This document shows, one piece after another, positions 55,968 to 64,000 of a stretch of 64,000 bases of DNA; position 1 is the stretch's first letter; every line of letters starts with the position of its first letter. The DNA comes from Macrostomum lignano (Eukaryota), in contig NIVC01000373.1 of assembly GCA_002269645.1 (NCBI GenBank), forward strand, positions 62,001 to 126,000. The letters run 5' to 3'. Both the position numbers and the translations under genes were made by a program. The notes under the pieces were generated by a model. It was given only the letters and a program-made list of their open reading frames with translations, ran no database searches and was not told the DNA's origin.

Positions 55968-58218
55968 TCAGGCGGCGGGCTCGGAGAAGTACGGGTGCTG
56001 CAGCGCCTGGTCCGCGTGCAGGCGGTACTGCGGGTTGCAGACCAGCAGGCGGGAGAGCAGGTCCCGGCCTTTGCTGCTCATCCTGGGCACCACCTGCTGC
56101 AGGCTGGAGCTGCCAGGGTAAAGCGGGAACGACTTGTAGTCCGGCAGCTGCGTGACTCCCGGCCAGCTGTCCTCGGTTGGCGTGCCCAGCAGCCTGCGGG
56201 TGGCGGGGCGATTCCTTGTGGCTTATGGGCGATTCTTTGTGGCTTATGGGCGATTCCTTGTGGCTTATGGGCGATTCCTTGTGGCTTATGGGCGATTCCT
56301 TGTGGCTTATGGGCGATTCCTTGTGGCTTATGGCGATTCCTTGTGGCTTATGGGCGATTCCTTGTGGCTTATGGGCGATTCCTTGTGGCTTATGGGCGAT
56401 TCCTTGTGGCTTATGGCGATTCCTTGTGGCTTATGGCGATTCCTTGTGGCTTATGGGCGATTCCTTGTGGCTTATGGGCGATTCCTTATGGCTTATGCCC
56501 GATTCCACAGTTCCTTAGGGGTGTTTCCCAGTTTCTTAGAGGCGATTTCCACAATTTCTCAGGGGTGATTCCTAGTTGCTCAGGGGCGATTTCCACAATT
56601 CCTCAGGGGTGATTTCAACAATTCCTCAGGGGCGATTTCCACAGTTCCTCAGGGGCGATTTCCACAGTTCCTCAGGGGCGATTTCCACAGTTCCTCAGGG
56701 GCGATTTTCACAATTACTCAGGGGGATTTCCACAATTCCTCAGGGGCGATTTCCACAATTCATCAGGGGCAATTCCTGCAGCAGTTCAGGGACCAATTCG
56801 AAGGCCGCGCATTCATCAGGAGATTTCGATTCCGTGACCGAGGAGGTCGGAGTGGCTCACTTGAATATCCGCTTCAGCTGGTCGTCCACGTCGTTGCCGG
56901 GGAAGAGCGGCCGGCCGGCGTTGGACAGCTCGGCGAAGATGCAGCCGGCCGACCAGGTGTCCACAGAAGTGGAGTAGAGCTTGGCCCCGAACAAGATGTC
57001 CGGCGGCCGGTACCACAGGGTGACCACTTCGGCTGAGTAGCAGCGCACCGGGATGCCGTAGGCGCGGGCGAGCCCGAAGTCGGCCAGTTTGAGCTCACCG
57101 TTCTTGTTGATGAGCAGGTTCTGCGGCTTCAGGTCCCTGCGGGAATTGAGGGTGAAGCTGACACCTGCTGACCAGGGAACTGTGCAGGTTGCAGTCACAT
57201 CTAACTGATGGGTATGTCTGTTAGCGTAGGGGGTAAACTCTAGTTGGTGGTTGTCGGGTAGTCGCAATGTTTGGAGCCTGGTAGAGTTATGGAAAGGTGT
57301 CTGGTAGTTTATGTGAAGGTGTCTGGTAGTCTTTGAGAAGGTGTCTGGTAGTTTATGGGAAGGTGTCTAGTAGTTTTTGGGAAGGTGTCTGGTAGTTTAT
57401 GGGAAGATGTCTGGCAGTTTATGCGAAGGTGTCTGGTAGTTTATGGGAAGGTGTCTGGCAGTTTATAGGAAGGTGTCTGGTAGTTTATGGGAAGGTGTCT
57501 GGCAGTTTATAGGAAGGTGTCTGGTAGTTTATGGGAAGGTGTCTGGCAGTTTATAGGAAGGTGTCTGGTAGTTTATGGGAAGGTGTCTGGTAGTCTTTGG
57601 GAAGATGTCTGGCAGTTTATGCGAAGGTGTCTGGCAGTTTATAGGAAGGTGTCTGGGAGTTTATGGGAAGGTGTCTGGTAGTTTATGGGAAGGTGTCTGG
57701 TAGTTTATAGGAAGGTGTCTGGTAGTTTATAGGAAGGTGTCTGGTAGTTTATGGTAAGGTGTCTGGTAGTTTATGGGAAGGTGTCTGGAAGAGTTTATGC
57801 GTAGTTTAAATGTTGGGAGCCTGGTACAGCTTGCGGTGGGTTACCTGTGCAGCACGCTGTTCTTGTGGCAGTACTCGAGCCCCTTGAGCAGCTGATGAAA
57901 GAACGATTTGACAAGGTCGGCCTCGACCTCGCCGTTGCAGGAGTCGAAGTACTTCTTGAGGTCCTGGTCGCAGAACTCGAACACCATGGTGAGCTTGTGG
58001 TCAGAGTGCAGCACGTCCTGCAGGCGGACAACGTTCTTGTGCTTCAGCTCCTTGAGCAGGCAGAGCTCGCGCAGCGCCGAGCTCGGGACGCCCTCGTCGT
58101 CCTCGTCCAGGCGGACCCGCTTGAGGGCAACGATCTCGCCCGTCTCCTTATTCTTTGCCTTGAACACCGTGCCGTAGGTGCCTTCGCCGATCTTCTCCAG
58201 CTTCTCGAACTTCTGCAT
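55968..58218 (-). CDS. CDK5: Cyclin-dependent kinase 5, 291 aa; exons 58218-57845, 57136-56861, 56193-55968
   Basis: [19 protein letters not shown] helix, HR|[49 protein letters not shown]. Exons total 876 nt. Confidence 0.97.
56205..56790. repeat. 21-bp (ATTCCTTGTGGCTTATGGGCG) then ~24-bp (GGCGATTTCCACAGTTCCTCAGG-like) arrays, CDK5 intron 2
   Basis: Direct tandem units sharing GGCGATT. Confidence 0.93.
57280..57790. repeat. 22-bp minisatellite (GTAGTTTATGGGAAGGTGTCTG), about 23 copies, CDK5 intron 1
   Basis: Direct tandem unit. Confidence 0.95.
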
Positions 58219-58489
58219 CTTGTCGCCGAAGAGGGGCGGGACTGGCTGGCTGGGGGTCACGTGACTCTGCTTGCGGCTCTGGAGTCGGGCTGTTGCTGAA
58301 AGAGGCCCGGCGGCGTTGAGCACGACTTCTCAGAGAGCTTGCGATATGAGCAAAATTTAAGCAGAAATAAAGTTCGCGAGGTTTCCCATGATCGATGAAA
58401 GTTGCCGCTTTGACTTTTAAAGGCTACTGCATGATCTTTTTCATAATAGTGCGTTCTTATTTACATTCTAGCCTATGACCATTCACTTC

Positions 58490-58910
58490 GTAGCGTATGA
58501 CCACTAAAATTTTTATTGAATAAGTATTCCCGTTCTACTGTATGACCAATATATATTTCTAGTCCATGACCATTCCCATTCCAATCTATCACTATTCCAC
58601 TCTAATCTATGACCACTCTCATTCTAATCTGACCACTTCCATTCTAATCTATGGCCACCCTCATTCCAATCTATGACCACTCTCATTCTAATTTATGACC
58701 ACTTCCATTCTAATCTATGGCCACTCCCATTATAATCTATGGTCACTCCCATTATAATCTATGGTCACTCCCATTATAATCAATGGTCACTCCCATTATA
58801 ATCTATGGTCACTCCCATTATAATCTATGGTCACTCCCATTATAATCTATGGTCACTCCCATTCTAATCTATGACCCCTCCACTGTAGTACATGACCACT
58901 TTTATTATAA
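58490..58910. repeat. Degenerate 22-bp minisatellite (TATAATCTATGGTCACTCCCAT-like)
   Basis: Recurrent CTATG(A/G)(C/T)CAC units. Confidence 0.88.
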
Positions 58911-59454
58911 TCTATTGACAAGTTCCACCCCAGGCTGGTCATTCCTATTATAGCATATGCTAATTCCAAGAGTTCGCCCTATAAATAAACTGGACTAAAA
59001 AGATAACGAAATTACGTAAGAATAAATATTCGATGACACATTGCAAGGCCACAGCAAGCCTTTTGACGCCAGTGGAAAATCGGGCGATAATTAAAAGGCA
59101 AATTAAAGTTGAGAGCGCAGCAGTGACCAGCGCCCCCTAAGCACAGAAGAGCACAGCTAAGGAAATGTCGTTCGATCGAATTAAATGGAATTTCAGCGCC
59201 TGGCGCGATGGCAGAGGGGGCACCGGGGGGGGGACGCTGATACGGCAGCACGGCACAGAGCAGAGGTTAACTGAGTGAGCGCTCACTAAATGCACTTAGC
59301 AGCTCTATATCAGGCCTGCGCAAAACAGCCGCAGTGATTAACAGAGCTGTCTACAGTGCAGCAAATACTTTGATGCTGAACACATGTAAATTCACACCAC
59401 AGTCTATGACTATCTCTATGAATCCAATAAGGATATGTCTGTTTCTATATATTT

Positions 59455-59730
59455 ATCTATGACCGCTTTATAAGCCCAAGTCTATGACCATGCCTGCACT
59501 GGTGTATGACCATCCCTGCACTTGGGTATGACCATGCCTGCATTGGGGTATGACCATCCCTGCACTGGTGTGTGACCATCCCTGCACTGGTGTATGACCA
59601 TCCTTGCACTGGAGTATGACCATCTCTGCACTGGAGTATGACAATCCCTGCACTGGAGTATGACCATCCCTGCACTGGAGTATGACCATCCCTGCACTGG
59701 AGTATGACCATCCCTGCACCGGTTTATGAC
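59455..59730. repeat. 22-bp minisatellite (TATGACCATCCCTGCACTGGAG)
   Basis: Direct tandem unit. Confidence 0.92.
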
Positions 59731-60414
59731 TACACTGAATCGCCGAGAAAGAATCGCAAGCCGCAGACAGGCGGGTCGGTGAGCTAATTGCTGTATATTT
59801 GGCTCCGTAGACAGGTGGAGGGCAGGGGCGGGGGCAGGGACAGGTGGGCAAAGCGCAGAATAAAGCAAGATGAGGCAACATGGGAGTCTGGCACAGACAA
59901 TAAAAATAGCATAATCCATAATTAAGTCAGAGATGTACAAGTTGACTGATTATAAAAGGCAATGATTCAAAGGTAAAAAGCGGAAAAGCAGAGCACAGGA
60001 TTTGGCATTTGAATCGGTGATTTCTAGAGAGAGAGAGAGAGAGGAAGACGCGCTGGTTCCGCCTGGAGACCAGAATTAGCAGCGCAAAATCGCTTTAGCT
60101 CGTACCAATATGCGCAGAATTCGCACTGGAAATATGGTTTATACATCTAGCACGTACCGCAGAAAATTAAATACTTAAAAATTTACTTGAAAGGCATCAC
60201 AATGAGCTTTAGATGAGAACAGCCTTGCAATTTAAAACCAGCTTCATATAAAAGTGCATTATAATTAGAATACGCAATATAAGCCCGCATGTCAAAGCCA
60301 ACGTGGGATTTGCAAGTGTGTACAGTTAGAGTGAATTTCATGTAACAACAAATAATTGCATTAATCATGTACTATTGAGCCTGCAACACCCCAGCAGCCC
60401 TTACCAGTTCCTGC

Positions 60415-60950
60415 GACTGTCACAGCTGACTGGTCACTGCCACTGTCACAGCTGACTGGTCACTGCCACTGTCACATCTGACTGGTCACTGCCCACTGTC
60501 ACAGCTGACTGGTCACTGCCCACTGTCACAACTGACTGGTCACTGCCACTGTCACAGCTGACTGGTCACTGCCCACTGTCACAGCTGACTGGTAACTGCC
60601 CACTGTCACAGCTGACTGGTAACTGCCCACTGTCACAGCTGACTGGTCACTGCCCACTGTCACAGCTGACTGGTAACTGCCCACTGTCACAGCTGACTGG
60701 TCACTGCCACTGTCACATCTGACTGGTCACTGCCACTGTCACCGCTGACTGGTCACATGTGCCCTAGCACCTACACACTCGTTCTTTCCGTACTGGTATC
60801 TCACAGCATACTGGTCACAGCTCATATCGTTGTCACTGACTGCCCACTGCTCATAACTGACTGCTCACAGTCCCCAGTCTACTGCTCATAACTGACTGCT
60901 CACAGTCCCCAGCCTACTGCTCATAACTGACTGCTCACAGCCCCCAGCCT
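60415..60950. repeat. 26/27-bp array (ACTGTCACAGCTGACTGGTCACTGCC) plus a 35-bp array ending next to the EEPD1 stop
   Basis: Direct tandem units at 60415-60760 and 60840-60950. Confidence 0.92.
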
Positions 60951-60952
60951 GG

Positions 60953-62890
60953 CTACTCAGCATCAGAGTAGAACTCGGCGTACACCGGGCAGTGGTCGCT
61001 GACGGGGCCGCCGAAGCTCCAGTTGGCGGGGATGAGCGGGTGAAAAAGGCCGTTGCGGACCACGGCAGCCTGGCCGGTGAAGAGCCGCTTGCACAGCGGA
61101 CTGGCCCACAGGTTGTCATAGGAGCGGCTGCCGGCCGGGCACTCGCGGCTGATGTTGGTTGGCTCGTCAGCGGCCAGCAGACCGGAGTAACCCATCAGGC
61201 GGAGCGGCTCGAAAGCGGCGTGGTCGGGCGCCAGGTTGAAGTCGCCGAGAAGCAGGCAGCGGGCGTCGGAGCCGGCGACGGAGGCGAGGGCGTCGGCGAG
61301 GTCGGGCAGGAAGTCGGCCTCGGACTCGGTGCGAGCGGTGCCGGCGGAGTCGCCGCCAAGCGTCGTCGCCTTCAAATGCAGGCTGGCAGCCAGGAGGCGG
61401 CAGCCGCCGATGGACAGCTGCGCAACAAACGGACTGCGCGTGAATGCGCGACCGCCAGCGCCGGGCTTCTCCAGCGGGGCGGCCTGGCGGAACCGCAGCT
61501 GCGGGCCGGCGCGCCAGAGAAATCCGCCGAATTCGGCAGCCTGGAAGGCCCGGCCGACGGGCGCCTCGGAGACGCAGGCGGTCCAGTGGCCGCGGTCGCC
61601 GCCGCGCCAGCGCAACACAGCGGGGAGGCTGGGCTGGTTGAGCTCGTCGCAGATGCGCTGCAGAGCGGCCGGCTCCGTGAGCTCCTGTACAGCCAGCACT
61701 GAGATGGCGTTCTCCAGCAGGGTGCAGCAGATCACCTGGCGGGAAGGTCAGGACAGTATAAGACTTTTGTAAAATTTTCTTTTATTTGGACAAATTGGCA
61801 GCCCCACAAACCTCCATAACGCCCGGGTTGGAGGCCTTCTCCAGATTGAGCCGGTTGAGATTCCAGGCGGCGATCCGCACGGTAGGCCGCCCGGCCAGCA
61901 GGCCGTCGAAGGCGGCGCAGGTCGGCGGCCGCGCGTACGGCCGATCGAAGATGCGGCACTCGGCCAGCAGGCAGAGCTGCGACTCGCTGAACCGCCCGAT
62001 GCCGCCAGCGGGCAGGTCGCTGGCCGGCTCCTCCTCGGGGCGTCCAGGCAGAGGCGGCCACGAAGGCCGGCCAGGAGGCCCCAGCCAACGCCGTGGAGGG
62101 CGGCGACCTCGTCAAGGGAGCGAAAGCCGCCGCGCCGCTGCCGCTCGCCGATGATGGACTCGGCGGTGGACTGGGAGACTCCCGGCAGGCGCATCAGCTG
62201 GAACAGGTTCGCCGAGTTCAGCGCAAGCGGCTTTGCGCCGCCGTTTGCTGAGGTTGGCGACGCAGCGGACTGAGGAGAGGGCGAGCCGGCGCGGACGCAG
62301 ACCTCCGGGCGCAGCAGTCGCAGCTTGTCGCCGCCGATGCCGGGCACCAGCGCCAGGTCCTCGACGCGGCGAAAGGCGCCAATTTGGCGTCGATAGGCCA
62401 CGATGTTGCCGGCGGTGGTCCGGTTGACCCCGGGCAGGGTCATAAACTGCTCCTCGCTGGCCGAGTTCAGCTCAAGCAGCTCGAACTTCGGCAGCCGCTG
62501 CCGCTGAGGATCGTCAGGGTCGTCCGGGCTGGAGATCTGCGAGAAGGCGGCGCTGAGGTTGCGCCGGTGCGACTTGCCGGACTTGCCGCCGAAGGATTCC
62601 CGCAGAGACCAGCGACTTGGCCGGGCGGGCAGCGACTCTGTCGGTTGCGACGGCGGCGGCTGCTGAAGGTCGCCGAAGACGGCAGATGCGTCGGACTCGG
62701 CAGCGGCTGGAGCAGCTTCGCCCGCGTCAACACGAAGTGGAGTGCCGGGGGTCTTGGCCGCGGCTCCATTTTTGCACTGCAGGGAGGACGGCGGCAGCGG
62801 TCGGGGCGGCCGGCGCCAATGCAGGTGATTCTCCGGCGTGTCGGACGGGTGCCGGCAGCGGCCGATGCACAGGCTGTTCACGCCGCCCAT
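60953..62890 (-). CDS. EEPD1: EEPD1 (two HhH motifs + EEP nuclease-like domain); exons 62890-61812 (1-nt frameshift at about 62040) and 61735-60953
   Basis: MG-start with Cys (lipidation-like N-terminus); two HhH repeats (LNSASEEQFMTLPGV, LNSANLFQLMRLPGV); after a frame change RIAAWNL..EKASNPGVME|VICCTLLEN..LAVQEL; LHLKA, LLGDFN, SYDN, SDHCPV. Confidence 0.9.
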
Positions 62891-64000
62891 GGCTGCGGGC
62901 TACCGCTGGCTGGGATTCGAGTGGCTGGCCCGGGAGCAGCCCTGCAACAGAGGCACCAGCAGAGTGGCGGCGGCTACTGGCACTGGCTGGAATCGAAGCA
63001 GCGCATACAGGCGTTAGAATCATGAAATACGTTCAATATAGCGCAGGAAAGGGGCGGGGGTTGGCGGGCGAAGCAGATAGGCGGTGGGCAGACAGGCAAT
63101 AAGACGGGCGGCTCGCCACTTCGCCTGGCTGGAGGGACACGGGGAGGAGGAATGCCCGGGTGGGAGGGGGTTGCTCGCAGTTTTGTTGCAGATATCGCAG
63201 CCTGTCAGCTATTGGAATACCCGATCTGCACTGGCTGGGCCGGACAGTCGCCATTCTTCCTCAAGCGCCGTCTTCCCCATACTTTTATTACACTGGCGCC
63301 GTCTGTCTGCAAGCGTGCAGTCTGAGTGCCAGCTCTGCTCAGCATTTCCCCATTAGGTGAAAGCAAAACACCGAGCTGGAGAAGACAAGGGGAAGGCTGG
63401 GGGGGGGGGCTATCAGGCAAAATATTAGCCTATGCCGCCCGAACTAAACAAAAACAGTCCCTATTGACATCACATTGCACTGGCATTAAGGCGGCACACT
63501 ATTTTATTTACCACGCGCTTATTAGCGAACTGGCGTCACAGAGCAGCGCAGCCTGGCACAGGGAGGCCGCTGCTATCTGGGACGGAGGGACTGCCGCACT
63601 CTGGGGTGCGCGCGCAGCTTGGGGCGAACTTTGACCGCGGAGGGGGGGGGGCAGGGGCAGTTATCAGCACGGCCGCAGGCGCGCCTTGCAGTCGTGTAAG
63701 CCAGCGATATCAGAGCCAGCGCATCAGCCAGCGGTCAACTGAACTAACTTGAGAGCCTACAGTTGCACCGGAGAAACTCGAAAAAGGACTGCCAAAACAT
63801 TTGGAAACACTTGGAACGCTATTCAAAACCCAATAAGTTGTCTATAGGAATGAAATAGGACATTATAAATAATACTAGCTCATATTAAAGTCACAGAAAA
63901 AAATTGCTGGCCTATCATTTATAAATTAACTGTTCTGAATATACTACTCTTTCTTTAGAGCATAAGTAGCACATCAGAGATTTTCAAATCATGCAATGAA

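Overview
Eukaryotic (metazoan) genomic DNA. Exons are GC-rich and GT-AG spliced, spacers are AT-rich, and most introns carry their own private minisatellite (units of about 20-56 bp). This style suggests a free-living flatworm such as Macrostomum, which is an inference and was not tested. Reconstructed genes, in order: 3' part of a Kune/Sinuous-type claudin (+), a DEG/ENaC channel with an uninterrupted CDS (+), a GT32 DXD glycosyltransferase (-), GID4 (+), MCM8 (-), VWA5A-like (+), a PAN/apple + atypical F-type lectin (+), an orphan single-pass Gly-rich protein (-), an intact SLC22 transporter (-), a broken SLC22 paralogue with a mariner inserted in exon 1 (-), and a co-oriented MED27, TBL3/UTP13, CDK5, EEPD1 cluster (-). 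Several non-autonomous DNA transposons (hAT/P-like, MULE-like) and a CORE-SINE with an inverted tRNA head are also present. Most long ORFs in the supplied track are translations of tandem repeats, not genes. The most interesting signals are: (1) MED27 has no usable genomic ATG but has a good in-frame acceptor, and TBL3 and MCM8 have acceptors exactly in frame with their ATG, consistent with a trans-spliced operon in which the spliced-leader AUG supplies the start codon; (2) several intronic minisatellites are tandem copies of the exon/5' splice junction itself; (3) the SLC22 paralogues show that such arrays arose independently in the same introns after duplication. All exon coordinates, counts and identities were worked out by eye.
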